DNA of 64,000 bases, taken from NCBI GenBank assembly GCA_026387355.1, contig JAPLLW010000016.1:6240-70239 (forward strand), read 5' to 3'. The translations under genes and the position numbers were made by a program. The notes below the pieces were generated by a model that searched no databases, was not told where the DNA came from, and worked only from the letters and a program-made list of their open reading frames with translations. Origin of the DNA: Candidatus Omnitrophota bacterium (GTDB lineage: Bacteria; Omnitrophota; Gorgyraeia; Gygaellales; Profunditerraquicolaceae). Positions 12,237 through 23,336 of this stretch are shown piece after piece (within the stretch, counting starts at the first letter, position 1; each line of letters starts with the position of its first letter).

Positions 12237-13562
12237 TTAATCTGCCCCTTCTCCGTCGTGAACTACTTCTTTTGCCTCTTTGCGGGCTCTTACGATTACG
12301 CGCTTAAGACTGATATATTTATCGACCAGCTCTCTATTATTTACAGCATCTAATTGCTTGAAAAGAAAATCAAATTTATTTTCTATCTCTGAAGCTATTA
12401 CATCGCGCAATTCTTGCGATAAACCCATAATATCTTTCTTAAATGGACCTAAGGCCTTTTTCCGCGCTTTATAGAAAAACTGCTCGTCAGTCTCGCCGGC
12501 CTTTCTCTCGTTAGCAGCATTCACTATGAGCCAATCATACATCTTCTTCTTTAAATCCGCTGGGAAATGCTTGCTATCTAACATCATATTCTGAAAACCG
12601 GTAGCCAGATGCACCTCTAAAGTATCATTCTGCGGAAATTTATGGAACATATCTTCCGGCAGAGTGGATGCGCCATGCTGCACTGCTCCACCCATACCAA
12701 ATTCTTTTTTAGCTAAGCCGGATAATGTCTTAAGAGTCGCGAAATCCAGCTTTACCTCATCAATCGATCCGTCAGCCTTAACTACGCCGCCGTGAGATGT
12801 CCCTGTCTGCACAGAAATCTTGCTTATCCCGATTAATCCCTTACGCAATCTTTCTTTATAACCCTCCATGAATGCGCGCAGGTCTTCGGGAGTAGAATTC
12901 TGATGACCTACCTCTCCTATCTCGCCTCCGACAGAGACGGTAACACCCTTAGGTTCAATTCTGCGGATAAATTGTGTCAGCTTTGCGCAAACCTCATAAT
13001 TATCCTTCTGCTGTTTCTTGATATCTTTCTTACTTAAATCCACTAGAGTGGATGAATCAATATCGATATTGTAAAAACCGGATGCCACTGCATCAGCAAT
13101 CATTACCTGTAACCCGTCTAATTCCTTATTGGGATTTTCCTGGAATTTCTTGGCATTTACCTGCACGTGGTCTGCCTGAATAAATACCGGTCCGCGCCAA
13201 CCCTCTTTTATCGCTGCTGCCAAAACTATACTAGTATATTCTACAGGTGGTTGAGCAGTATAACCCATCTCGGATTTAGCGATTTCAAAGATAAACGCAC
13301 CGCTATTATTCTTCTTGGCTACACGGAATATTGCCCTGGCTAAATCATAAGTCATGCTGCGTAAATTTATCGCAGGCACAGTAAATCCGCTAACCTCAAG
13401 TTTACCTGCCGCCATATATAAATCATGAATACTCGAAGAATAAATCCCTGCTTTATACGCCAGAACCAGAATCTTCTTGGCCAATTCTTTTTTTACACCA
13501 GCATCATCGGTGAAGATTAAATCCATAGCAATTTTATCAATACTTAAAGCTCTCCTACCCAT
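12237..13562 (-). CDS. class II (metal-dependent) fructose/tagatose-bisphosphate aldolase family protein, long form
   Basis: FTVPAIN, QADH and HGAST motifs align with class II FBA (FALPAVN, HTDH, HGGSG). 441 aa with N- and C-terminal extensions. Directly downstream of pfkA. Confidence 0.6.
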   Translation of the reverse strand: MGRRALSIDKIAMDLIFTDDAGVKKELAKKILVLAYKAGIYSSSIHDLYMAAGKLEVSGFTVPAINLRSMTYDLARAIFRVAKKNNSGAFIFEIAKSEMGYTAQPPVEYTSIVLAAAIKEGWRGPVFIQADHVQVNAKKFQENPNKELDGLQVMIADAVASGFYNIDIDSSTLVDLSKKDIKKQQKDNYEVCAKLTQFIRRIEPKGVTVSVGGEIGEVGHQNSTPEDLRAFMEGYKERLRKGLIGISKISVQTGTSHGGVVKADGSIDEVKLDFATLKTLSGLAKKEFGMGGAVQHGASTLPEDMFHKFPQNDTLEVHLATGFQNMMLDSKHFPADLKKKMYDWLIVNAANERKAGETDEQFFYKARKKALGPFKKDIMGLSQELRDVIASEIENKFDFLFKQLDAVNNRELVDKYISLKRVIVRARKEAKEVVHDGEGAD

Positions 13563-13580
13563 CTTGCTAACTACTCCTTT

Positions 13581-14540
13581 CTAAGTTAATATCCTAATTA
13601 AATTATGCCAATATTCTGCGTTAAGCTCTTTCTTCTTAATAGCGGTTGCAAAATCTACTTCATTAACTCTACCGCAGCTTATGCCAACAGCCCTATCATA
13701 CCTACCTTGTAACAAACAATCTACTGCTGCCTGGCCTAGACGCAAAGCAAGATCCCTACTAACTGCTGTAGGCCTTCCACCTCTCTGGATATGCCCCAAA
13801 ACTACAGAACGCGTCTCCAAAGAAGTCATATCTGTTATCGACTTCGCAATATCTTGCGCATGTCCTGATCCTTCAGCCAAAACAATAATCCAGCTCACCT
13901 TACCGCGAATATTGCCCTCAACAATATCGTGGCACATCTTCTTGAGATCGAGTTCTATCTCAGGAATAATCACATCTTCGCAACCGCCTGCTAAAGCTAC
14001 CGCTAAAGCAATGAAACCGCAATCCCGACCCATAACCTCAACCACAAAAACCCGCTCCATACTGGTCGCAGTATCGCGAATATTATCAATTGCATTCAAA
14101 GCAGTATTTATAGCAGTATCTGCACCGATAGTAACATCAATACCGTTAATGTCATTATCGATAGACGCAGGGATTCCTACGCAAGGGACTTTATATTTTA
14201 AGCCAAAATCATGTGCAGCAGTAAAAGAACCGTTTCCTCCGATAACCACAAGGCCATCAATAGCGTATTTCTTGATCGTATTATAAGCGCGCTCTTGCCC
14301 TTCTTTAGTCTGAAGCTCAGTGCAGCGAGCGGTCTTTAAAATCGTCCCGCCCTGGTTTATAATACCGGAGACTGAGCGATGGTTGAGAACCTGCACTTCT
14401 TCATTAATTAAACCCCACCACCCGCGGTATATCCCCGTCACTTCTAATTTCTGAGAGATACCGTAACGCACTACTGCGCGTATCGCCGGATTCATACCGG
14501 GAGCATCGCCACCGGTAGTTAAAACTGCTATTCTTTTCAT
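13581..14540 (-). CDS. pfkA: ATP-dependent 6-phosphofructokinase
   Basis: MKRIAVLTTGGDAPGMNPAIRAVVR, TIDND-type catalytic segment (SIDNDI) and MGRDCG motif. The GGDGS motif reads GGNGS here. Confidence 0.85.
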   Translation of the reverse strand: MKRIAVLTTGGDAPGMNPAIRAVVRYGISQKLEVTGIYRGWWGLINEEVQVLNHRSVSGIINQGGTILKTARCTELQTKEGQERAYNTIKKYAIDGLVVIGGNGSFTAAHDFGLKYKVPCVGIPASIDNDINGIDVTIGADTAINTALNAIDNIRDTATSMERVFVVEVMGRDCGFIALAVALAGGCEDVIIPEIELDLKKMCHDIVEGNIRGKVSWIIVLAEGSGHAQDIAKSITDMTSLETRSVVLGHIQRGGRPTAVSRDLALRLGQAAVDCLLQGRYDRAVGISCGRVNEVDFATAIKKKELNAEYWHNLIRILT

Positions 14541-14546
14541 TTTTAT

Positions 14547-16232
14547 TTACAACCCTTCTATCTGCATATCGCGCGGATGTTCCACGATGCAGGTATAGAA
14601 TATCTCTTTCTTCTCTTTCGGAATTAAACCGAATTCCCAAAGCCAGATACCCTTCTTATCTTTCCAGTCCTTCTGGGTAGGCTCAAGGCTTACCTTTTCC
14701 ATCTTTACCTTAATCCGGTCATCTTCGGAGATCGGAATAACTTCAAAGATCTTAACCTTTATATTCTTTGTTTTATAATTCTCTACGGTAATTTTATATT
14801 TATATACTGTCTTCTTGGTCGGCGAAGGAATCCCAGCGATAAGCGTCTCATCTACTTTCTTTTCAAGAAGCTCTCTCTTTACCTTTACATTCTCATCCAC
14901 GCCAAGATATAAATCAAATTCTTCTTGAGGTGCGATATTTTTAATCTGCGATACACCTACAAAATCTCCATTCAAGAAAACATTAACCCTGCCGCCTAAA
15001 AGCTGCAGATCTTTAGCGTTAGTCACCTTGCTTCCAAGGTAAGCAAAAGTAGAAAGACGCGGATAGGCATAGTACGAGAATACCGAAGACAAAACCTGAG
15101 CAGAAACTGGTAGTTTGTATTCTTCTCCGCTAGATTTAACATTTGCTGCCTTAGTTATTTTATAAATAACTGAAATACCCTTTTCTTCTTGTTGAGCATA
15201 ATCATATTTGGCTTTTTCCACTGCCGCAGGTGACGCTGCCATTGAACCAACTGCGAGATCCAAAGACTCAAATTTGCTCGCTTTACTCCTCATACTCAAA
15301 TTCGTACATTCTTGATCGTACATTACTTCTTTGGCCACCATTGGTTGGTAAGGCCTCAAAAACCATGACTCTGGCTCAGGGAGGCTTCCTGAAACATTAA
15401 CTTTTGCCGTTGATAAAGACATCTGCACATCTTGCCAATCTTCACCGGTATTCTGCTTAACAATGGCAAATGAAACTAATTCTGTCTCCTGTTTGTCAAA
15501 ATCTACCCTAGCGTCATAAATAGGGTACCAATAGGCTCCTCTTACCCGGTAGGCAACCTCAAGATTTATATTTCCTGGTTTTACTACTTCCAGATCAACA
15601 ATAATTGAACGCTTCATCTTCTGCATAGGCCCTGCTATATCAGCAAGCTGCCTACGCAAAACATCTATCTGCTTTCTTGTTTCGCGAATATCCATTTCTG
15701 CCTGAATTACCTGCGCATAATTATCCTTTAATCTCACATCGAGAAAAGTTAATGTATCCGATAGCTCTTTTGCCGGAGGCATCTTGGTAACTAAATCTTT
15801 TGGAAGTTGATCCTTGGAAAAAAGACGTACGGAATCAAGAAATAACTTTTCGTCGGCTAATATCCTCTTAGTATCTTCAAACTTACGGATCTGGTCTTCG
15901 AGTTTCTGAATTTCGTCCTGTATTGCTTTTACCTTATCTATAGGCTGCTCTTTAAGAAACTCTTTTTTTACATAAGCACCTAATATCTTAACGCTGGCGC
16001 TACCCTCACCAGATACGCGCAGAGAGTTTTCATCAATCTCAGGTATTATATCTGCAAAAACAACCTTATCCTGACCCAAGGATAACTTTACTTGAGCGCT
16101 CCTTTTAACCAGGGCATCGCCGCTATAAACAGTTACTTCGGAGATCTTAGAATCTGCTTTAAGCTCTTCCGCTAAGGCCATCCCCGAAGATAAGAAAAAC
16201 AACGCAGGTAATAACACAAAGATTGTTTTCAT
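14547..16232 (-). CDS. secreted coiled-coil protein of the DUF4140/DUF4139 (mucoidy-inhibitor-like) family
   Basis: Signal peptide. The N-terminal EVTVYSGDALVKRSAQV segment, a central coiled coil and a long C-terminal beta-rich domain follow. Confidence 0.5.
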   Translation of the reverse strand: MKTIFVLLPALFFLSSGMALAEELKADSKISEVTVYSGDALVKRSAQVKLSLGQDKVVFADIIPEIDENSLRVSGEGSASVKILGAYVKKEFLKEQPIDKVKAIQDEIQKLEDQIRKFEDTKRILADEKLFLDSVRLFSKDQLPKDLVTKMPPAKELSDTLTFLDVRLKDNYAQVIQAEMDIRETRKQIDVLRRQLADIAGPMQKMKRSIIVDLEVVKPGNINLEVAYRVRGAYWYPIYDARVDFDKQETELVSFAIVKQNTGEDWQDVQMSLSTAKVNVSGSLPEPESWFLRPYQPMVAKEVMYDQECTNLSMRSKASKFESLDLAVGSMAASPAAVEKAKYDYAQQEEKGISVIYKITKAANVKSSGEEYKLPVSAQVLSSVFSYYAYPRLSTFAYLGSKVTNAKDLQLLGGRVNVFLNGDFVGVSQIKNIAPQEEFDLYLGVDENVKVKRELLEKKVDETLIAGIPSPTKKTVYKYKITVENYKTKNIKVKIFEVIPISEDDRIKVKMEKVSLEPTQKDWKDKKGIWLWEFGLIPKEKKEIFYTCIVEHPRDMQIEGL

Positions 16233-16253
16233 GTTTACGCCTCCATTTTTAAA

Positions 16254-17510
16254 TCAGGTACCCATCTCCCAACTTGCCAGATATTTCTTCTGCTCAGCCG
16301 TCAAAGTATCTATTTTAATCCCCATAGACTTTAATTTCAGGCGCGCAATATTCTTATCGATATCATCCGGTACTTTATAGACCTGTTTTTTGAGTTTCTT
16401 GTGATTCTTAATCATATACTCAGCAGAGAGCGCCTGATTGGCAAAAGACATATCCATTACCTGAGCCGGATGTCCTTCTGCAGCAGCCAGATTAATCAGA
16501 CGTCCTTCTCCCAAGAGATAGATCTTGCGTCCATCGCTCATTATATACTCAACAGTAAAATCACGGATTTGCTTCTTCTTTTTGGCTAATTTCTCCAAAG
16601 CCGGAATATCGATTTCGACGTTAAAATGCCCGGAGTTAGAGATAATCGCACCATTTTTCATAGCCTGAAAATGCTCCTTGCGTATAACATTGATATCCCC
16701 TGTGACGGTTACGAAAATATCTCCGATGCGCGAAACTTCTTTAATAGTCATAACACCGAATCCATCCATATTCGCTTCCAAGGCTCGCAAGGGATCAACT
16801 TCTACCACGATAACCTTCGCTCCTAAACCGGCTGCGCGCATGGCAGCGCCTTTTCCGCACCAACCATAACCGCAAACCACAAAGTTACTTCCAGCGATTA
16901 ATTTATTGGTCGCCCGGATAATCCCATCTATTGTAGATTGACCCGTACCATAGCGATTATCGAATAAATGCTTAGTCAATGCGTCGTTCACCGCAACGAT
17001 CGGATAACGTAGTTTACCTTCACTTGCCAGAGCGCGTAGCCTGATTACTCCGGTAGTTGTCTCTTCTGTCCCACCGATGATATTGGAGTGTTCTGAAACT
17101 TTACGCTGGTGAATCGTACTTACCAGGTCTGCGCCATCATCCATAGTAATATCAGGCTTTATCGCGAGCGAAGCATACATATGCTTATAATATGTCTTGG
17201 TATCTTCTCCCTTGATCGAGAAAACGGAAATCTTTAAATTCTTAGCCAAAGAAGCAGCCACATCGTCCTGCGTTGAAAGCGGATTGGATGCGCATACCGC
17301 CAATTCTGCACCACCGGCCTTTAAGACCTCCATTAATACCCCGGTCTCGGTAGTTACATGCAAACAAGCAGCAAGCTTTACCCCTTTTAAGGGCTTCTCT
17401 CTCTTAAACCTCTCGGCGATAAGAGCAAGAACCGGCATATTATTACGCGCCCATTCAATTCTTAACGCGCCTTTATTTGCTAACTTTATATCTTTAACAT
17501 CATATTTCAT
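16254..17510 (-). CDS. ahcY: adenosylhomocysteinase
   Basis: [28 protein letters not shown] start and an NAD-binding GYGWCGKG motif. Confidence 0.9.
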   Translation of the reverse strand: MKYDVKDIKLANKGALRIEWARNNMPVLALIAERFKREKPLKGVKLAACLHVTTETGVLMEVLKAGGAELAVCASNPLSTQDDVAASLAKNLKISVFSIKGEDTKTYYKHMYASLAIKPDITMDDGADLVSTIHQRKVSEHSNIIGGTEETTTGVIRLRALASEGKLRYPIVAVNDALTKHLFDNRYGTGQSTIDGIIRATNKLIAGSNFVVCGYGWCGKGAAMRAAGLGAKVIVVEVDPLRALEANMDGFGVMTIKEVSRIGDIFVTVTGDINVIRKEHFQAMKNGAIISNSGHFNVEIDIPALEKLAKKKKQIRDFTVEYIMSDGRKIYLLGEGRLINLAAAEGHPAQVMDMSFANQALSAEYMIKNHKKLKKQVYKVPDDIDKNIARLKLKSMGIKIDTLTAEQKKYLASWEMGT

Positions 17511-17520
17511 TAATTACTCC

Positions 17521-18696
17521 TTAAAGTTTAGCTGCTTGTTTTTTGAGCGCTTCAGACTTATCCATTTTCTCCCAACTAAATTCATCTCTACCAAAATGAC
17601 CATAGCATGCTGTTTTCTTGTAAACTGGCTTTAACAGCCCTAAGGAGCTAATTATTCCTTTAGGAGTAAGCTCAAAGTTCTGACGGATTAATTTCACTAA
17701 CTTTTCATCCGCAAGCTCTCCGGAGCCATATGTATCAACATAAATTGAGAGCGGATCAGCGTATCCAATAACATAGGACAACTGCACCATAAACTTATCC
17801 GCAAGACCTGCAGCAACCATATTCTTGGCGATATAACGACACATATAAGCAGCTGAGCGGTCTACCTTAGTAGGATCTTTACCTGAAAATGCGCCTCCGC
17901 CGTGAGGGATACTTCCGCCGTAAGTATCTACGACAATCTTTCTACCGGTCATACCGGTATCTGATTGCGGTCCGCCCACGAGAAATTTACCTGTCTGGTT
18001 GACATAATATTTTGTATCTTTATCCGCCAAGCCCTTTAAGATTGGGTCAGCGATAACCTTGATCATCTCTTGCCGCGCTTTTGCAGTAATATGCTTTCCT
18101 GATGCATCCAATATATCATCTGTATGCTGACAGGCGATAACCACTGAATCAACGCGCTTAGCTTCTCCGTTTTCGTATTCAACGGTTACCTGGGATTTAC
18201 AATCAGGACCCAAGTATTTTAAAATACTGGACCTACGTACATCCGCCATACGCTTAACTAACCTATGCGCTAAAGTTATAGGTAGAGGCATATATTCTTT
18301 TGTTTCTTTGCAGGCATATCCGAACATAATCCCCTGATCTCCCGCACCGCCGGTATTTACTCCTTGCGCAATATCCGGAGACTGTCTGTTAATGGTATTC
18401 ACGATTGCGCAGGTATGATAATCAAAGCCGTATTTGGGATGGGTATAGCCAATCCCCTCAATTACCTCCCGGCCTAACTTTTGGATATCAACGTAAGAAT
18501 TAGTTGTAACTTCTCCACCGACAATCAAAAGACCCATCGTAACATATGTCTCGCATGCAACCCTAGCATGCTGCGGGTGAGTATCATCTTTTAAGATTTT
18601 ATCTAATACCGCATCGGATATCTGATCGCAGACCTTATCCGGGTGCCCCTCTCCTACCGACTCTGAAGTAAAAAAATGCTTACGCACAGCCATCAT
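17521..18696 (-). CDS. metK: S-adenosylmethionine synthetase
   Basis: [25 protein letters not shown]-terminus and [19 protein letters not shown] motif. Confidence 0.9.
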   Translation of the reverse strand: MMAVRKHFFTSESVGEGHPDKVCDQISDAVLDKILKDDTHPQHARVACETYVTMGLLIVGGEVTTNSYVDIQKLGREVIEGIGYTHPKYGFDYHTCAIVNTINRQSPDIAQGVNTGGAGDQGIMFGYACKETKEYMPLPITLAHRLVKRMADVRRSSILKYLGPDCKSQVTVEYENGEAKRVDSVVIACQHTDDILDASGKHITAKARQEMIKVIADPILKGLADKDTKYYVNQTGKFLVGGPQSDTGMTGRKIVVDTYGGSIPHGGGAFSGKDPTKVDRSAAYMCRYIAKNMVAAGLADKFMVQLSYVIGYADPLSIYVDTYGSGELADEKLVKLIRQNFELTPKGIISSLGLLKPVYKKTACYGHFGRDEFSWEKMDKSEALKKQAAKL

Positions 18697-18706
18697 TCCT
18701 CCTTAG

Positions 18707-19399
18707 TTAATGCTTAGCAAATTTTTCATTTGCCGCCTTTAAATATTTAATATCACCGATATCGTACCAAGAACCCTTAAAAATAAAACCATAAGTATCA
18801 ATTCTATTCTTAAGCCAATCAATGTAATTACCTGTAGCGTCTACTTTCATGCCGGTCTTAATAAAATCATTAATCATGCCCAATGATTCAGCCGGTATAT
18901 AATACAAACACATTGCCACAAGGCGTGATTTTGGTTTTAACGGTTTCTCCGCAAAATCAATAACCTTACCGCTTTTGTCAAGCCTTGCTACACCATATTT
19001 AGAAGCGTCTTTTAAGTTACGTAGCTTATAAAAACCAACCGTCGAGGCAGGTTTATTTCTAACGGCACTTGCAATAAAATTCTTCAAAGTACCGCTGAAT
19101 AAATTATCTCCCCCAATAACTAAAAGATCCTCTTTAAGCCTTAACTTATTTATAGCAAAATTAATATCGCCGATAGCGCCTCTCCTATCAGCATTACTCT
19201 TAGACTGATCATCTATTAAGGTCAATTGTTTCTTCGCCTGAACAGTCTTCTTCCATTTTCTAAACTTAGCGATAAACTTACTATTTGTAATTACGATTAT
19301 ACCGTCTATCTGCCTTAGGCTGTTTAGCTTATCAATAATATAATCAATGATCGGCCTGCCGCTTACCTCAAGCAAAGGCTTAGGGAATTCTTTTGTCAA
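18707..19399 (-). CDS. sugar-phosphate nucleotidyltransferase (true 5' end uncertain, see findings)
   Basis: Nucleotidyltransferase fold. The conserved G-loop LAAGYATRLYPLT is encoded in frame upstream of the first ATG/GTG/TTG. Confidence 0.6.
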   Translation of the reverse strand: MTKEFPKPLLEVSGRPIIDYIIDKLNSLRQIDGIIVITNSKFIAKFRKWKKTVQAKKQLTLIDDQSKSNADRRGAIGDINFAINKLRLKEDLLVIGGDNLFSGTLKNFIASAVRNKPASTVGFYKLRNLKDASKYGVARLDKSGKVIDFAEKPLKPKSRLVAMCLYYIPAESLGMINDFIKTGMKVDATGNYIDWLKNRIDTYGFIFKGSWYDIGDIKYLKAANEKFAKH

Positions 19400-19443
19400 A
19401 GGATACAGGCGAGTCGCATATCCTGCAGCTAAAATAAGAGCCT

Positions 19444-21174
19444 TTATTTTAGTATCTCCATTAATTTCGCCCGGGCAAATGCCTCTATCTCCTCACCAGT
19501 AGAAAGCTTCATCGCTTCATCGGCAATATCTTTAGCCTGCTTTAAAGTTATCGAACGGATCAAATATTTAAGTTCAGGGATAACTTGCGGCGGCATACTA
19601 AACTCATCCAGACCCAACCCTAAAAGTATTAAGGCAAGGCTTGGTTCTCCGGCCATCTCTCCACACATACCCACATTAATATCCGCATTATGCGCAGCAT
19701 CGATAACGTTCTTAATTAAGCGTAAGACCGCCGGATGCGCAGGATCATAAAGATAGGCTACCTTTTCATTCGCCCGGTCAACTGCAAGAGAATACTGAAT
19801 AAGGTCATTACTCCCGATGCTAAAAAAATCAACTTCCTTGGCCAAAATATCCGCAGTCATTGCCGCCGAAGGAACTTCAATCATAACACCCACCTGTATA
19901 TCTTCATCAAAAGGCATGCCTTTAGTCCTAAGCTCGACTTTCGCCTCCTCGAGTATTTTATTTGCCTGCCTTAACTCACCCACCCCTGAAATCATGGGAT
20001 ACATAAGCTTAAGGTTTCCGTGCACAGAAGCCCGTAGTATCGCCCTTAACTGCAACTTGAATACCTCTGGCCGCGCCAAACAAAAACGTATCGCCCTCCA
20101 GCCTAAAAATGGCTGCATCTCATGCGGAATCTGAAATTGCGATAAGAATTTATCTCCTCCTAAATCAAGCGTGCGTATAATAATCGGATAAGGATTCATC
20201 TCCTCTGCTACATATTTATACGCGTGATAATGATCATCTTCGGTAGGGAGATCTTTCCTGTTCATATAAAAGAACTCAGTTCGATATAGCCCTATGCCTT
20301 CGCCTCCGTGAAGTTTAACTGCCGGCACCTCATCGGGAAATTCAATATTCGCATTTATTTCAACCTTATTGCCATCAAGGGTAATTGCGGGAAGGTCCTT
20401 AACCGCAAGAAATTTTTCAGTTATACCTTTTAGCTTAAGCTCTTCGGTATGATACCGCTCTAGCGTCTCTTCATCAGGGTTGATAATCACGATACCCAAA
20501 GATCCGTCAACAATGAGCATATCGCCTTGATTGATCTTTAAGGTGGCATCTTCGGCTCCGACTACGGCCGGGATCTCTAAAGATTTAGCCATAATCGCGG
20601 TATGAGAAGTCTTTCCTCCTATATCCGTAACAAAACCCGCAACATTCTTTTTGTGCATTGCCGCAGTATCTGAAGGAGAAAGATCATGAGCCACTAATAC
20701 TACCCTATCTTTTAATTCATCCAAACCCTTTCTCTCTTCTCCGAGAAGATTACGTAGAATCCTTTTACCTACATCGTTAATATCGGCAATGCGCTCTTTT
20801 AAATACTCGTCTTCTATCTTTGAAAAAACAGATATATATTTTCTTAAAACCTCCTGAAAGATAAATGCTACATTAAGTTTGTCCTTTTTAAGGCGCGAGA
20901 TAACCTCTTCGATAAGCATGCGATCTTCCAGAACCAAAAGGTGCGCATCAAAAATCTGCGCCTCCTCCTGCCCCATCTCGGTGCTTATCCTTTTCTGTAA
21001 TACAATAATCTCCCTGCGCGTCTTAATTAAAGCTTCTTCAAAAAGCTGTATCTGGACAGGAATATCCATATCAGATATTGCATGCTTTGGCACATTCAGC
21101 TCTTCCTTGCCTAGTTTATGAGCAACTCCGATACTGATTCCGGAAGCAGCAGCTATCCCTCTTAGACTTATCAT
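19444..21174 (-). CDS. ptsI: phosphoenolpyruvate-protein phosphotransferase (PTS Enzyme I)
   Basis: 576 aa. GGKTSHTAIMAKSLEIPAVVG His-domain motif and a PEP-utilising C-terminal domain. Confidence 0.9.
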   Translation of the reverse strand: MISLRGIAAASGISIGVAHKLGKEELNVPKHAISDMDIPVQIQLFEEALIKTRREIIVLQKRISTEMGQEEAQIFDAHLLVLEDRMLIEEVISRLKKDKLNVAFIFQEVLRKYISVFSKIEDEYLKERIADINDVGKRILRNLLGEERKGLDELKDRVVLVAHDLSPSDTAAMHKKNVAGFVTDIGGKTSHTAIMAKSLEIPAVVGAEDATLKINQGDMLIVDGSLGIVIINPDEETLERYHTEELKLKGITEKFLAVKDLPAITLDGNKVEINANIEFPDEVPAVKLHGGEGIGLYRTEFFYMNRKDLPTEDDHYHAYKYVAEEMNPYPIIIRTLDLGGDKFLSQFQIPHEMQPFLGWRAIRFCLARPEVFKLQLRAILRASVHGNLKLMYPMISGVGELRQANKILEEAKVELRTKGMPFDEDIQVGVMIEVPSAAMTADILAKEVDFFSIGSNDLIQYSLAVDRANEKVAYLYDPAHPAVLRLIKNVIDAAHNADINVGMCGEMAGEPSLALILLGLGLDEFSMPPQVIPELKYLIRSITLKQAKDIADEAMKLSTGEEIEAFARAKLMEILK

Positions 21175-21440
21175 TTATCTTCCTCGGCAATAATAATCTT
21201 CTCTAGCTCTTCCATGGCCAAAACAGCATCTTCTCCGTCCGCTTCGATAATAATTACACTTCCTTTTTCCGCGCCCAACATAAGAATACCCATAATCGAT
21301 TTACCGTTGACCTCTTCTTCATCGCGCCTGACAATTATGCGAGAGTCAAATTTATTTGCAACTTGCACAAATAAAGCTGCCGGCCTAGCATGTAAGCCCT
21401 GTTTGTTTTTTACAATTAATTCCTTCTTTACCACTGCCAT
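21171..21440 (-). CDS. ptsH: phosphocarrier protein HPr
   Basis: 89 aa with a GLHARPAA His15 motif. Confidence 0.85.
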   Translation of the reverse strand: MAVVKKELIVKNKQGLHARPAALFVQVANKFDSRIIVRRDEEEVNGKSIMGILMLGAEKGSVIIIEADGEDAVLAMEELEKIIIAEEDK

Positions 21441-21444
21441 AAAA

Positions 21445-22686
21445 TTAAATCTCCTCGATTAACCCTAAAATAATCTTGGCTAACTTTGTAGAGTCATGCC
21501 TAATCACCTTGTCTTCAATGATTCCAAAATCGTCCTCTACCACTCTATAGCCCATCTCTTCAATTCTTTTTCTATCGTTAACTACAAGATTTGAACCCTC
21601 TTTAGTATAGCGACTTAATATACTCTGCGGGATTTCGCCGTTATTCAGAACGCAATAATCAAGCACTCGGGGATGAGAATGTGTAATAAGCACTTTAATA
21701 TGCTCGGAAGCAGCATAAGCATCAGTCTCCCCCGGTTGAGTCATGGCATTACAAACATAAACCTTGATTGCGCCTGAAGAAACAACCGCATCTGTAATCT
21801 CCTGAATCAGAAGATTAGGGATGATGCTCGTATAGAGCGAACCCGGCCCTAAAACAATAACCTGCGCCTCTTTAATTGCCCTTATAGCATCCGGCGTAGC
21901 CTTAGATTGCGCAGGATTCAGATAAACTCTTTTTATAGAACGATTGCTCTTAGGAATTTTATTCTCTCCCACGGTAGTAGAGCCATCCTTATGTTCAGCT
22001 ACCAAAACCACTTTATTTAATGTTGACGGTATAACCTGCCCCCTTAATGCCAGAACCTTACTTGTCTCTTTTATTGCCTTTTCAAAATCTCCGGTTAATC
22101 GCGTCATTACCGTAATAAAAAGATTTCCGAAAGAATGTCCTGAAAGTTGCGAATTTGTATCAAAACGGAATTGAAATAAATCCCGCATAAGCGTCGGTGC
22201 ATCTGCAAGCGCGACAAGGCAGTTACGAATATCTCCGGGGGGCAATATATCAAACTCCTCACGAATTCTACCGGATGAGCCACCATCATCTGCTACGGTT
22301 ACTATAGCCGATATGTTGGACGAAAATTCCTTTAACCCGGTTAAAAGAACCGATAATCCCGTTCCCCCTCCGATAACCGCAATCTTTGGGCCACGGGTTA
22401 ACTGCCGATTATGATAAATAATATCAAAAAGCTCTTGGTTTCTTGAAGCCGGCATAAATGCTGCGATAAAAGAACGCATCATCCGTTTAATGCCTAGAAT
22501 TAAAATTATTATTCCGCAGAACAAAATTAATGAATCAAGGATCTGTATACCTAGAAATTCCTCTGAACTCAAATGGCTTGTAGCAAAAATTAGCAAAAAT
22601 ATGCCGAAAACACTTAAGCCTGCCCAACGCTTAAGCCCTATGCCGGGGTAAAACCATTTCAACATACTATTTATTTTATTAGTCAT
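21445..22686 (-). CDS. YvcK/CofD-like (UPF0052) gluconeogenesis-factor family protein with an N-terminal two-TM extension
   Basis: The C-terminal 320 aa match YvcK (IAVIGGGTGLSVLL...). The N-terminal ~95 aa contain two hydrophobic helices. Confidence 0.7.
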   Translation of the reverse strand: MTNKINSMLKWFYPGIGLKRWAGLSVFGIFLLIFATSHLSSEEFLGIQILDSLILFCGIIILILGIKRMMRSFIAAFMPASRNQELFDIIYHNRQLTRGPKIAVIGGGTGLSVLLTGLKEFSSNISAIVTVADDGGSSGRIREEFDILPPGDIRNCLVALADAPTLMRDLFQFRFDTNSQLSGHSFGNLFITVMTRLTGDFEKAIKETSKVLALRGQVIPSTLNKVVLVAEHKDGSTTVGENKIPKSNRSIKRVYLNPAQSKATPDAIRAIKEAQVIVLGPGSLYTSIIPNLLIQEITDAVVSSGAIKVYVCNAMTQPGETDAYAASEHIKVLITHSHPRVLDYCVLNNGEIPQSILSRYTKEGSNLVVNDRKRIEEMGYRVVEDDFGIIEDKVIRHDSTKLAKIILGLIEEI

Positions 22687-22712
22687 TATATCTTTCTAAA
22701 TAATAAAGGCTA

Positions 22713-23183
22713 TTAAACCTTTTTTTCGTCTTCTTGAGTTATAATCTTAAGTACTGCCTTATCATCGCTGCAATTACGCAAGGTATCTCGGAAGTATTTA
22801 TCCTTAAGCAGTCTTGAGATCCGCGCCAAGGCTTTTAAGTGTGGGCCGGCGGAATCTTGGGGCGCAACCAGAAGAAAGAAAATATAAGCTAACTCTCCAT
22901 CCAAAGAATCAAAATCAACACCTTTCTTAGAAAGACCGAAAGCAGCAACTAACTTTTCTACACAATCTGATTTCGCATGAGGAATGGCTATCCCTTGACC
23001 GATGGCAGTTGAACCAAGCGCCTCTCTTGCCATAAGCGAATCAATGAGTTTATTGCGGCAGCGCTTCTCAATATCCCCTGCGGCAATAAGACCATCGACC
23101 AGTTCCTTAATAACATCTTCTTTTTTTGTAGAGCTGATATTGGTGATGATCGCTTTCTTGGATAAAAAATCTACAATCTGCAT
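22713..23183 (-). CDS. ptsN: PTS EIIA-Ntr (nitrogen regulatory IIA)
   Basis: MQIVDFLSKKAII... with a GIAIPHAKSD active-site His. The ATG at 23181-23183 lies 7 nt after AAGGAGA. The longer ORF call to 23378 would overlap tRNA-Gly. Confidence 0.8.
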   Translation of the reverse strand: MQIVDFLSKKAIITNISSTKKEDVIKELVDGLIAAGDIEKRCRNKLIDSLMAREALGSTAIGQGIAIPHAKSDCVEKLVAAFGLSKKGVDFDSLDGELAYIFFLLVAPQDSAGPHLKALARISRLLKDKYFRDTLRNCSDDKAVLKIITQEDEKKV

Positions 23184-23336
23184 ATTAATTCTCCTTTCGG
23201 TATTATATAAATTTGGAGCGGGAGGCGTTCTGCTGCGCGCTTTAATATTTTTTTTCAAGCGCTTTGACGCGCTTCGCAGAACTTGCCTCATAACAAGCTT
23301 TTCGAAGCCGTGGACAAAAGTACCACGGCGAAGAAA

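Noticed and set aside
13681-14286. Long plus-strand ORFs antisense to conserved genes (e.g. 13681-14286, 23002-23541, 34748-35161, 51915-52352, 55229-55732, 56546-56998)
   Set aside because: Each lies entirely opposite a well-conserved minus-strand gene (or across tRNAs). They have low-complexity Ser/Pro/Ala-rich translations and no motifs. Classic shadow ORFs.
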